From: a bacterium
GTDB lineage: Bacteria > Zhuqueibacterota > Zhuqueibacteria > Residuimicrobiales > Krinioviventaceae
Length of the DNA: 64,000 nucleotides
Assembly: GCA_963675755.2 (NCBI GenBank)
Contig: CAXXMD010000003.1
Span: 1-64,000, forward strand
Reading direction: 5' to 3'
Made by a program: the position numbers and the translations under genes. Shown here piece after piece: positions 20,388-30,240 of the stretch. Within the stretch, counting starts at the first letter, position 1, and each line of letters begins with the position of its first letter. The notes under the pieces are model-generated. The model did no database searches. It worked only from the letters and a program-made list of their open reading frames with translations, and was not told where the DNA came from.

Positions 20388-22724
20388 TTACTCATACCTC
20401 AACGTCTTTACAGGATCCATCGTTGCCACTTTGAGGGTTTGCCAGCTTGTAGTCAGCACAGCAATTCCCAAAGCCACAAAACCCGCTAGTACAAATATCC
20501 AAAACTCCAAATCTACACGATACGCATAATTCTGCAGCCATTTGTTCATCATGAACCAGGTTAGCGGCCATGCGATAATATTTGCCGCCAATACCCAGCG
20601 TGCGAAATCACTTGTCATTAACAGGATGATTCCCGATACCGGTGCACCTAATACTTTACGAATGCCAATTTCTTTGGTGCGCTGTTCAGCGGTAAACATG
20701 GAAAGTCCCAGCAATCCCAAACCTGCTATAACCAGAGCAAGTGCTGTAAAACTATTGATCACATTTTCCACTTTTTGGTCTGCTTTATAATAATCTTCTA
20801 TTTCTTCATCTATAAAACTGTACTCAAAAGGAACATCCGGGACCAGTGTCTTCCAGAGGGACTCTATATCATTGATAGTACTGTTCATACCATTGGGTTC
20901 AACTCGCACTATTAAAAATCTTGTATTGTTAATTTTATTATTGATCATTAACGGACCAATCTTTTCGTGTAGTGAACGAAAATTAAAATCTTTTACCACC
21001 CCTATAACGGTTCGATCACCTACGCGCTTACCCACAGCATTATCAAATCCCATCATTTTCATGGCAGCTTCATTAATTACCAGACTTTTGGAAGAATCAG
21101 ACGGAAACTCGCGCGAAAAAAAGCGTCCCTGTACCATCTGCATTTCAAGGGTATTCACCATATCTTCATCCGCAGATAATATATGAATCAGAAAATTTTC
21201 TTCCCCTTTACGACCGTCCCAGTCATCCATTACTATAGAATGCCCAAGATATGATGGTGAATATGAAACTCCACTCGCTCTTGTTACAAAGCGGCAGCCC
21301 TCTATCTCCCTCTTTAATAATTCAATTTGGGTTGCCGGTTTATTTTGCAAATCTATCATTAAAACATTTCTATGATTATACCCAAGTTTATGGTTCCGCA
21401 TATAATGCAGCTGCTGATTTATTACCATTGAACTTGCAATCAAAACAATGGTAATAACAAACTGAAATGACACCAACACCCGGCGAAAAGCTTTTCCTTT
21501 TAATCCAAATCCGGATTTAGCTTTCAAAACTTTAACCGGATTAAATGATGACAAAAAGAATGCAGGATAGCTGCCGGATATCACTCCGGTCAAAAACGCG
21601 ACCAATACAAATCCAATCAATATCCTGACATCCTGAATTATCTTGATAGATAATTGTTTACCTGAAATCATTTCAAACACCGGCATGAACAGTTTCAATA
21701 ATACCAGTGAGATCAGAAAAGCAGTAAACGTGTAAATCAGTGTCTCGCCCATAAACTGCATTACCAAATCTTTTTTCCCGGCCCCAATCACTTTGCGCAG
21801 CCCAACTTCCATTGACCGGTTGCCTGCCCTCGCGGTGCTCAGGTTCATAAAATTGATACATGCCAGCAATAACACAATCACAGCCAATATTGAAAAAATG
21901 TAAATATATCGTATATCCCCATTACCGCCCATACCCCACATGGTCCCTGATCTCAAATGGATATCGGTCAATGGCTGCAAGGACAAATCAACAAGTGCAT
22001 CTTCAAACCGGTCTTTAATAATCGGTTTAATTTTTTCATCAACAACGTTTTCGTCAATTCCGTTTTCTAGCTTTACAAATGTTGTGAACGCGTAATAATT
22101 CCAGTTCTCTTTGGGTTCTCCAAAGCTATCAATGGATTCAAAAGGAATAATAAACTTGAAACTATGGATTGTATTAGAAGGCAGGTCTTTTAAAACACCG
22201 GTTACTTTATAATCATGTTTACCGTCAATACGCAGCGTTTTGCCCAATGCTTCAACAGTACCAAAATACTTAATTGCCATGGGCTCTGTCAATATAATAG
22301 ACATAGGCTCTGTTAATGCATTCTCAGGTGTTCCGTTTTTAAATGTGAAACTGAAATACTCGAAAAAATTTTGATCAGCACTCAAAATTCGTGTTTCATT
22401 AAATTTCTTGTCCTCATATTGTAACACATGCTTACCAATAGATTTCATGCGCAGAGCACTCTGAATTTCAGGATAATCCGCGGCAAGTAAAGGTCCCAGG
22501 TCTGGTGGATTGGTTGAAAACAACAAAACTTCTCCACTTGAATAGGTTTCAATATCAATTACCCGGTAGATATTCTCGGCATCTTCATGAAACCGGTCAA
22601 AGCTCAACTCATCCTGCACCCATAATAAAATAAACAGCGCGCAGACCATACCCAGCGCCAAACCCAGGATGTTGATTGTAGAATGGATTTTATTTTTTAA
22701 TAATTGTCTGATTATGATCTTCAT
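20388..22724 (-). CDS. ABC transporter permease, MacB/FtsX family
   Basis: 778 aa; DELSFDRFH, EQRTKEIGIRKVLGA, DPVKTLRYE. Confidence 0.95.
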   Translation of the reverse strand: MKIIIRQLLKNKIHSTINILGLALGMVCALFILLWVQDELSFDRFHEDAENIYRVIDIETYSSGEVLLFSTNPPDLGPLLAADYPEIQSALRMKSIGKHVLQYEDKKFNETRILSADQNFFEYFSFTFKNGTPENALTEPMSIILTEPMAIKYFGTVEALGKTLRIDGKHDYKVTGVLKDLPSNTIHSFKFIIPFESIDSFGEPKENWNYYAFTTFVKLENGIDENVVDEKIKPIIKDRFEDALVDLSLQPLTDIHLRSGTMWGMGGNGDIRYIYIFSILAVIVLLLACINFMNLSTARAGNRSMEVGLRKVIGAGKKDLVMQFMGETLIYTFTAFLISLVLLKLFMPVFEMISGKQLSIKIIQDVRILIGFVLVAFLTGVISGSYPAFFLSSFNPVKVLKAKSGFGLKGKAFRRVLVSFQFVITIVLIASSMVINQQLHYMRNHKLGYNHRNVLMIDLQNKPATQIELLKREIEGCRFVTRASGVSYSPSYLGHSIVMDDWDGRKGEENFLIHILSADEDMVNTLEMQMVQGRFFSREFPSDSSKSLVINEAAMKMMGFDNAVGKRVGDRTVIGVVKDFNFRSLHEKIGPLMINNKINNTRFLIVRVEPNGMNSTINDIESLWKTLVPDVPFEYSFIDEEIEDYYKADQKVENVINSFTALALVIAGLGLLGLSMFTAEQRTKEIGIRKVLGAPVSGIILLMTSDFARWVLAANIIAWPLTWFMMNKWLQNYAYRVDLEFWIFVLAGFVALGIAVLTTSWQTLKVATMDPVKTLRYE

Positions 22725-22741
22725 TTCACACCTTTTTTATT

Positions 22742-22830
22742 CTGGTTTTCAGTGATCAGTATTCAGTCATCAGTTTCCAAGACACCGGGCCTATTCTTTT
22801 GATTACTGACAACTGATTACTGACAACTGT
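22742..22830. repeat. Inverted pair of 7-bp ACTGA-class arms (hairpin element)
   Basis: ctggttt-tcagtga-tcagtat-tcagtca-tcagttt ... ttactga-caactga-ttactga-caactgt. Confidence 0.9.
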
Positions 22831-22835
22831 CAATT

Positions 22836-25262
22836 TTATTCATACCTCAACGCGTCCACCGGATCAGCAGAAGCCGCCTTGACTGTATAGCCGCTGGTTG
22901 TCAGTAACGCAATAACCAACGCTAATACACCTGCCAACAGAAACGGCCAGATTCCGGGATCAACCCGGTACGCAAATCCCTGCAACCATTTATTCATGGC
23001 ATACCAGGAAGCAGGCCAGGCAAATATATTAGCAAGCAGCACCCACTTTATAAAATCACCAGACAAATGCAAAACTATACCCGGTACAGATGCGCCCAGT
23101 ACTTTTCTTAATCCGATTTCCTTTACCCGTTGTTCAGCATTGAAAATTGCAAGACCCAGCAACCCGACACAGGATATCAGGATCGCGAATCCGGTAAATA
23201 TATTGAAAACCATGGCAAACTGTTCATCACGGATATATTGCTGCTGTACCTGCTCATCCAGAAAAAAATATTCAAAATTACGGCCCGGGAACAATTGCTG
23301 GTGTTTGCTTTTCACAAAACCGAGAGTTTCTGTCAAGTTGCTGGTCTGTACGGTCAAAACGATATACCGGAATGGATTTTGGCCGTTTGCCTTAAACCAC
23401 TCGGGTGACAAAGCAAAATACAATGGCCTGACTATAGTATGCAGCGATTCATAATGTACATCTTTGCTCACGCCGATGATCGTTAACGGTGTTTCCGTCT
23501 CGTATCCGGGATTTATCGCTTTACCCAGCGCCTCTTCATTACTGTTAAAACCAAACGCCTTGCGGGCAGTCTCATTAATGACTACACTATGATAAATATC
23601 AGCAGGACTTGAAGAAAACGTCCGCCCGGCCAGAATCGGGATGTCGAAAATTTGCAAATAATCATTGTCGATCATGCTGAATTCCATGGGCTGCAATTTG
23701 TTATCGGATTGCCCTACAAGCCACACATCAAATGATAACAATCCACCGACTCCCGGAATGGCCCTTGCCATACAGGCATTGGAAATAGACGGATTGTTTA
23801 TAAATTCCTGCTTGGCTTGCTCATAGAAATCGAGTCCAGCGGAACGTTCGGCCCTTATGGGTATAATCAGCTTTTGCTCACTGTTGAACCCCATATCCAT
23901 ATTTCTTACAAAATGCATCTGTCTGAACACCGTGAGTGTTCCTGCAATCAAAGCAATAGACAATGCAAACTGCATAATAACCAGCAGCTTGCGCACGGAA
24001 AACGTCCCGCTGTCACTGAATTTCATTTTTTTAAAAACCTGTTGCGGTGTAAAAGACGCATATATCCATACCGGGTATGCCGCACAGATCAGAGATACCA
24101 GTAATATCAATCCAAATGCGCTTATAACAAATCCCGGGTTCAGCCATTCAAAATGCTGAAATTCCTTGCCGGTAAGATTGTTGAAAACCGGAATCGAAAC
24201 TTCTGACATTATGATTGCCAGCGCAAGCGAGATTAATACCATTATCATAATCTCAAATAACAATTGACGGATGATATGCGATTTTCCTGCTCCAACCACC
24301 TTGCGCACAGCCACTTCCTTTCCACGTCTCAAAGAACGACTTGTGGTCAGGTTGATAAAATTAATGCCTGCGATCAGAACAATGATAAGCGCTGTTAGAT
24401 TGAATACATATACGTAGAAAGCATTGCCGTGGACAGGGGCTTCACTTTCAAGCTCAGAATAGAGATAAATATCGCGCATGGGCTGCAGGAAATAGGTTTT
24501 TTCCATATTATCATTCGTGAGTTCTTCACCGATATAATTGTTTGCAATATGGGCAATACTTTTTTCAAACTCAGCCGCATCAATCCCCGGTTTTAATTTT
24601 ATAAAAGTATAGATCGAGATTCGTATGGTCCAGTCCGAAAAAAACCGGGCCTTTTCTACAGGCTTTAACGGTGCAAGAATATCAAACTGCAAATGACTGT
24701 TTCGGGGTGTATCTATAACCACACCGGTAACTGTTACCTCATTATTATTGATCCACAATACATGGCCTAAAGGATTTGTATCCCCAAAATACTTTTTCGC
24801 TATCCTTTCTGAAATCACTATGGATTTGCTGCCCTGAAATGCATCCTCCGCCGAGCCATAGACAAATGGCAGAGTAAAAATATCAAAAAAATCATCATCA
24901 ACGATAAAGAAATTCTTTTCGTTGAACTTCTGCTCTGGTCCCACCTGTATAACCTTGCCCGGCTGCGGCAATATCCGCGCTATATGCTCAATCTGGGGAT
25001 AATTCTCGCGCAATGCTACTGCCAACGCACCGGTAACACTGGCATGACTATGCTCGGCAATGGGAGATGTTTCTGTAACAGCTACTCGGTATATACGATC
25101 CACATCGTCATGATAAGCATCAAAGCTCTTTTCATCCTGTATCCACATAAAGATAAGGATCGCACATGCCATGCTGACTGCCAGTCCGGCAACATTGATA
25201 ATGGATATTACCCTGTTTCTGAGCAGGTTTCGAATTGCGATTTTAAAATAACTAAGCAGCAT
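22836..25262 (-). CDS. ABC transporter permease, MacB/FtsX family
   Basis: 808 aa; NFINLTTSRSLRRGKEVAVRKVVGA, DPVDALRYE. Confidence 0.95.
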   Translation of the reverse strand: MLLSYFKIAIRNLLRNRVISIINVAGLAVSMACAILIFMWIQDEKSFDAYHDDVDRIYRVAVTETSPIAEHSHASVTGALAVALRENYPQIEHIARILPQPGKVIQVGPEQKFNEKNFFIVDDDFFDIFTLPFVYGSAEDAFQGSKSIVISERIAKKYFGDTNPLGHVLWINNNEVTVTGVVIDTPRNSHLQFDILAPLKPVEKARFFSDWTIRISIYTFIKLKPGIDAAEFEKSIAHIANNYIGEELTNDNMEKTYFLQPMRDIYLYSELESEAPVHGNAFYVYVFNLTALIIVLIAGINFINLTTSRSLRRGKEVAVRKVVGAGKSHIIRQLLFEIMIMVLISLALAIIMSEVSIPVFNNLTGKEFQHFEWLNPGFVISAFGLILLVSLICAAYPVWIYASFTPQQVFKKMKFSDSGTFSVRKLLVIMQFALSIALIAGTLTVFRQMHFVRNMDMGFNSEQKLIIPIRAERSAGLDFYEQAKQEFINNPSISNACMARAIPGVGGLLSFDVWLVGQSDNKLQPMEFSMIDNDYLQIFDIPILAGRTFSSSPADIYHSVVINETARKAFGFNSNEEALGKAINPGYETETPLTIIGVSKDVHYESLHTIVRPLYFALSPEWFKANGQNPFRYIVLTVQTSNLTETLGFVKSKHQQLFPGRNFEYFFLDEQVQQQYIRDEQFAMVFNIFTGFAILISCVGLLGLAIFNAEQRVKEIGLRKVLGASVPGIVLHLSGDFIKWVLLANIFAWPASWYAMNKWLQGFAYRVDPGIWPFLLAGVLALVIALLTTSGYTVKAASADPVDALRYE

Positions 25263-25295
25263 TTAACACTCTTTTTTAATTTTATTTTTTCAATC

Positions 25296-25371
25296 AAAGC
25301 TATCAGCTATTAGCTTTATATTTTTCACAGTCAACTCATACTGACAGCTAATAGCTTATAGCTAAAAGCTG
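25296..25371. repeat. Inverted pair of 7-bp AGC-class arms ('empty' hairpin element)
   Basis: aaagcta-tcagcta-ttagctt ... ctgacag-ctaatag-cttatag-ctaaaag-ctg; same arm style as the pair flanking 33503..33862. Confidence 0.88.
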
Positions 25372-25374
25372 TTT

Positions 25375-27729
25375 TCACTCATACCTCAACGCTTTCACCG
25401 GATCAGCTGTTGCCGCTTTGATCACCTGTAAACTCACGGTCAGCATGGCAATCAAAAGCGCTGCCGTACCTGCCAGCAGGAATGGCCATACGGTAATATT
25501 GATCCGGTAGGCAAAATTCTCAAGCCACTTGTGCATGGCAAACCAGGCTATGGGCCAGGCAAAAAGGTTAGCATAAACTATACATCGCACAAAATCAGAA
25601 ATTATCATAAGAATAATTTCTTGTACCGATGATCCTAAAACTTTACGTATTCCAATTTCCCTTGTCCGCCGTTCAACGGTAAATAAAGTAAGCCCCAGCA
25701 AACCAAGCACAGAAATAAAAATTGACAAACCGGATATATAAGAAAAAATTTCATTCTGCTGAATTTCAGATCGATACAGATTATCAAAATCTTTGTCATA
25801 AAAAGAGTAACTAAATTCAGTTTGAAAAATATCATTCCAGGCATCGGAAAGATATTCAATGGAATCGTGAATCGCGTTTGGATCAACCCGCACAAGCAGG
25901 AACTTGCATAATTCCGGGTAAAGATAGATTGCCATCGGTTCGATTTTGTGATGTAAAGATTCAAAGTTGAAATCTTTTACAACACCTGCGATTTCACCCC
26001 ATTCAATAATTTTCATAGGTTCACCGATTGGATTGTCCCACCCCAATTGTTTCACGGCAGATTCATTCAATATATAAGTCTTGTGAGACCGCCGGTAGGG
26101 TTCCCCGGAAAAGGTACCACCCTGTTTCAATTCAAGACCAAACGTGTTTATAAAATCATAATCCACACTGATCCAGTTGATATATTTCATCTTGTTTGCG
26201 GCCTCGCCTTTAAAAATTACGTTCTGGTTAAAACCGGGCTCGCTGGGCAAATAAGATGTTGCTGTTACACCTTTTATACTGGCATTTTTAAGTATCTCTG
26301 TTTTAAAAACATCATATTTTTGCTGATCCTGATTCTCATATATGGGAAGAACAATTAAATGGTCCTTATCATATCCCAGCTTTTTGGAACTGGTATATTG
26401 CATTTGGTGTCGCATTACAAACATGCAAACCATAAAGAGTATCGTGATAGTGAATTGCAATACCACCAAAGCACCTCTAAAACCGAATGTATGGGGAACA
26501 GCTTCTTTATTTATATTCGAGATAGGTTTGAGCTTGGAAAGATAAAACGCGGGATAAATCCCCACAACACTCCCAACCAAAACAGATGCAAATAAAAGTA
26601 CGGTCATAAATTTAAAGTTGTATAAATAGTGCAAAGATATCTCTTTACCTGTGTAATGATTAAATATAGGTAAAATATAGGTTGCCAAAACCAATGAAAC
26701 AATTAAAGAGACAATCATTAAAAACATGGTTTCTGCCACAAACTGAATCGACAATTGATGCCGTTTTGCGCCTATAACTTTACGTAATCCTATCTCTTTT
26801 TCTTTGGTCATTATTTGCAAAGTGGTCATGTTTATATAATTGAAACAGGCCAAGATCAGTATCAAAACAGAAATTCCGATAAAAATATAGATATGTGAAC
26901 TGTCTTTGTCAGTTGGCAAATCATTAATCGGATCAATATCTATATGTGTTTTTAATAGAGGCTGCAGCAAAAATTTACTGTCCTGATTATGCGCATATAG
27001 CAAACCCGAAAGTTTTTTTTCAACCTGTTCAACATTGCTATTTTTGTTTAATAAAACATAAGTCGGATAATTATAGGCGCTCCAGCTCAGGTTCCCTTCA
27101 TTGCCTTTTGTATATAGCTTTTCAAAAGAGGCCAATAGCTCATACTGAAATCGTGAATTTGAAGGCGGGTCATCTACAACATGAGTAACCGTATAATCGT
27201 GGGTAAACGGCTTTGTACCAACGGTTATGACTTGATCGATCGGATCATAATCGCCAAAAAGTTTGTGAGCAACAGATTGGGTAATGACAACAGAGTTGAT
27301 ATTTCTAAAAACTGTACCAGCGTCTCCTTTTACGAGTTTTACATCGAATATGTCAAAATAGCTTTTATCAACCAATAGAAATGTATTTTTTTGAATTTCT
27401 CTATTTTGATTTGTGATGGTATATCTTTGCCCGTCAGCAAACCTTACAATGGTTTCAATCTCCGGAATACTTTTGGCAATTTCTAAAGCGATTGGAGCAG
27501 GCGCATTTGGATGATATTTCGTAGCTCCCTGAGAGTCATATTGCAAAACCAGACGATAAATGTTATCGACTTTTTCATGAAATGCATCATATCCAAGATC
27601 ATCTTGGACATATAAAGCGATCAAAATGCAGGAACACAATCCTATGGTAAAACCTATAATGCTGATAGCGGAATAAGTTTTAAATTTCCATAAATAACGG
27701 ATAGAATATTTAAGATTAGTGAAAAACAT
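25375..27729 (-). CDS. ABC transporter permease, MacB/FtsX family
   Basis: Start MFFTNL at 27729, 1 nt after the upstream stop (ORF extends to 27738); DPVKALRYE. Confidence 0.95.
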   Translation of the reverse strand: MFFTNLKYSIRYLWKFKTYSAISIIGFTIGLCSCILIALYVQDDLGYDAFHEKVDNIYRLVLQYDSQGATKYHPNAPAPIALEIAKSIPEIETIVRFADGQRYTITNQNREIQKNTFLLVDKSYFDIFDVKLVKGDAGTVFRNINSVVITQSVAHKLFGDYDPIDQVITVGTKPFTHDYTVTHVVDDPPSNSRFQYELLASFEKLYTKGNEGNLSWSAYNYPTYVLLNKNSNVEQVEKKLSGLLYAHNQDSKFLLQPLLKTHIDIDPINDLPTDKDSSHIYIFIGISVLILILACFNYINMTTLQIMTKEKEIGLRKVIGAKRHQLSIQFVAETMFLMIVSLIVSLVLATYILPIFNHYTGKEISLHYLYNFKFMTVLLFASVLVGSVVGIYPAFYLSKLKPISNINKEAVPHTFGFRGALVVLQFTITILFMVCMFVMRHQMQYTSSKKLGYDKDHLIVLPIYENQDQQKYDVFKTEILKNASIKGVTATSYLPSEPGFNQNVIFKGEAANKMKYINWISVDYDFINTFGLELKQGGTFSGEPYRRSHKTYILNESAVKQLGWDNPIGEPMKIIEWGEIAGVVKDFNFESLHHKIEPMAIYLYPELCKFLLVRVDPNAIHDSIEYLSDAWNDIFQTEFSYSFYDKDFDNLYRSEIQQNEIFSYISGLSIFISVLGLLGLTLFTVERRTREIGIRKVLGSSVQEIILMIISDFVRCIVYANLFAWPIAWFAMHKWLENFAYRINITVWPFLLAGTAALLIAMLTVSLQVIKAATADPVKALRYE
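25378..25559. repeat. 182-bp direct repeat, copy 1 (partner 27734-27915)
   Basis: Manual alignment: 6 mismatches in 182 bp, perfect core 25421-25540. Confidence 0.92.
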
Positions 27730-27730
27730 A

Positions 27731-30100
27731 TTACTCATACCTCAACGCATCGACCGGATCAGCCGTTGCCGCTTTAATCACCTGTAAACTCACGGTCAGC
27801 ATGGCAATCAAAAGCGCTGCCGTACCTGCCAGCAGGAATGGCCATACGGTAATATTGATCCGGTAGGCAAAATTCTCAAGCCACTTGTGCATGGCATACC
27901 AGGCTATGGGCCAGGAAATCACACTTGAAATCAGAATACGATTTACAAATCCACTCAGTAATAATCTTAGAATACTGCTCAATGAAGCACCCAGCACTTT
28001 ACGTACACCAATCTCTTTGGTTCGTTTTTCAGCCATGAACGAGGCAAATCCAAATAATCCCAGGCACGAGATAAATATGGCAAACACGGTAAATCCGTTA
28101 AAAAGGAGCTTAATCCGCTGCTCCAATTGGTACATGCGTTCATATCGTTCATCTAAAAAGCTGTATTCGAGGGGATATCCAGTAACGCGTCTGTCCCAAA
28201 CACTTTTAATAGACCGGATACTCTCATCAATCCTGTCACCGGTTCGCACCAAAAGAGTAAATCCCATAGCGCTGACAGGCTCTTCTGTCATGGGTAAAAA
28301 CACCTGTGGTTCAACGCTTTTGTGCAGCGAGTGAAAATTGGCGTCTTTGATCACACCTACAATGGTTCCCGGATTGTCATTTCCATAAACCGAGATCGAT
28401 TTCCCGATGGGGTCTGTAATACCCATCCGGCTCAAACCGGTTTCATTGATAATGACTGCGTTTTGAACATCACCAGGATAGTCTGGTGAAAAACTCCTAC
28501 CGAACAATAGTTCTACATTCAGGTCCGATAAATAGGATTCGTTGATCCAGTTGACTTCCCATATTACGTCCTCATCCGGATCTTTGCCCTGCCAGTTTAC
28601 GGATTGGGTAGCACGGGCAATATGCTCGGGAGAACAGTTTTTCACAGCCACACCGGCAATTCCGGGCTGACGCAGCAGTTCATCCCGCATGGATTCGTAA
28701 TCCACATCAACACCCCGGTTTACTTCAACGCAAAGAATATTCTCTTTGTTGAAACCCAAAGATTTGTTCTGCAGATAATGTACCTGCTCATTTACAACCA
28801 GCATACCGGTTATTAACGCAATGGATAAGGAAAACTGAACGATAGTGAGTACATGACGGAACCCAAAAGATTTTCCCGCTTTGATTTTCTGTTTAAATGC
28901 CGATTGCGGTTTAATTGCGGAAAGATAAAATGCAGGATATGCTCCCGCAATCAATGCGGTAATAATTAAAACTCCCACCAATGAAATCAAAAATTCCGGA
29001 TTGGTTAAATTTAAAGCACAAACAGAACTTGACAATTGCGCATAAATGGGACATCCTATAACTGCAAGTCCCAGTGCAAGGATAAAGGCCGCAAATGTAA
29101 TTAAAAACGATTCACCCATAAACTGCATTACAATGTCTTTTCTGGCTGCGCCCATTACCTTTTTCAAGCCAATCTCTTTGGCACGATTGGTAAACCGGGC
29201 CGTGGATATGCTCATATAGTTGATACAGGCTATGAGCAAAATGAAAACAGCAATGACAGAAAATATATAAATGTAATTTCGATTCACGGTGCTACTGTCA
29301 TCATTGAACAAACCGGGATTCAAATGTATGGACTGTAATGGCTGTAATTCAAAACTCTTGTTTGTATTCGGATTCGTGTTATTTTTCTTATATAACGAAG
29401 TAATATTACCGGCAACCGCTTGTGGATTAGACTGCTCATCTATCAGTACATAGGTATATGTAGGGAATCGGTTCCAGCGAGTTAGCAGATCGTTACGTTT
29501 TTCAGCTGCCTCAAAAGAGGTCAAAAAACGAAAACCCATATGCGAGTTTTCCGGCCAGTCCCTGATTACCCCGGCAACTGTCATCAATACTGAATTCACT
29601 TCTATTTGCTGACCCAGGGGATTATTGTCACCAAAATATTTTTTTGCCGCGCTTTCAGTAAAAACAATCCTGTCCGGTGCGGACAATGCACTCGCGCCAT
29701 CTCCGGCTAAAAATTCAACTGAAAAAATATCAAAAAAGGATGGGTCTGCTACCGCCACCCCATCTTCAAACATGGCTTCATTGTTATACCGGAATAATGT
29801 ATTTACCCCGCTTCTGAACCGGGTGGCTTTTAATACCTGCGGCAATTCCTGTTCAAGCTCCGGCGCCATAGGACCGGGAGTAGAGGCCCATTTGGCAGCA
29901 TTATTATGAAAATCGGATATAACCCGGTAAATCCGGTCCGATTGATCATTAAATCCATCATAACTCAGCTCATGCTGCACCCACTGCAAAATAAATATCA
30001 CACAAGCCAGACTCACCGCCAATCCGGTTATATTTAAAATGGAATATTGTTTATGTTTTAACAGATTTCGTATCGCAATTTTCAGATAATTAATTAACAT
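27731..30100 (-). CDS. ABC transporter permease, MacB/FtsX family
   Basis: 789 aa; MLINYLKIAIRNL, AGGAG RBS, DPVDALRYE. Confidence 0.95.
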   Translation of the reverse strand: MLINYLKIAIRNLLKHKQYSILNITGLAVSLACVIFILQWVQHELSYDGFNDQSDRIYRVISDFHNNAAKWASTPGPMAPELEQELPQVLKATRFRSGVNTLFRYNNEAMFEDGVAVADPSFFDIFSVEFLAGDGASALSAPDRIVFTESAAKKYFGDNNPLGQQIEVNSVLMTVAGVIRDWPENSHMGFRFLTSFEAAEKRNDLLTRWNRFPTYTYVLIDEQSNPQAVAGNITSLYKKNNTNPNTNKSFELQPLQSIHLNPGLFNDDSSTVNRNYIYIFSVIAVFILLIACINYMSISTARFTNRAKEIGLKKVMGAARKDIVMQFMGESFLITFAAFILALGLAVIGCPIYAQLSSSVCALNLTNPEFLISLVGVLIITALIAGAYPAFYLSAIKPQSAFKQKIKAGKSFGFRHVLTIVQFSLSIALITGMLVVNEQVHYLQNKSLGFNKENILCVEVNRGVDVDYESMRDELLRQPGIAGVAVKNCSPEHIARATQSVNWQGKDPDEDVIWEVNWINESYLSDLNVELLFGRSFSPDYPGDVQNAVIINETGLSRMGITDPIGKSISVYGNDNPGTIVGVIKDANFHSLHKSVEPQVFLPMTEEPVSAMGFTLLVRTGDRIDESIRSIKSVWDRRVTGYPLEYSFLDERYERMYQLEQRIKLLFNGFTVFAIFISCLGLFGFASFMAEKRTKEIGVRKVLGASLSSILRLLLSGFVNRILISSVISWPIAWYAMHKWLENFAYRINITVWPFLLAGTAALLIAMLTVSLQVIKAATADPVDALRYE
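27734..27915. repeat. 182-bp direct repeat, copy 2
   Basis: Offset 2356 bp from copy 1; encodes the near-identical permease C-terminus. Confidence 0.92.
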
Positions 30101-30160
30101 TGAATCTCCTGGAATGATGAAAACACTCTTTTTTTATCTATACTAAATTATTATTTGTAT

Positions 30161-30240
30161 CCAGTCATCAGTAATCAGTCGTCAGTTTACAGCAACAAGT
30201 TCCGTTATTACTGATAACTGAATACTGATAACCGAAAACT
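30161..30240. repeat. Inverted pair of 7-bp ACTGA-class arms (hairpin element)
   Basis: ccagtca-tcagtaa-tcagtcg-tcagttt ... ttactga-taactga-atactga-taaccga-aaact, abutting the stop at 30241. Confidence 0.9.
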
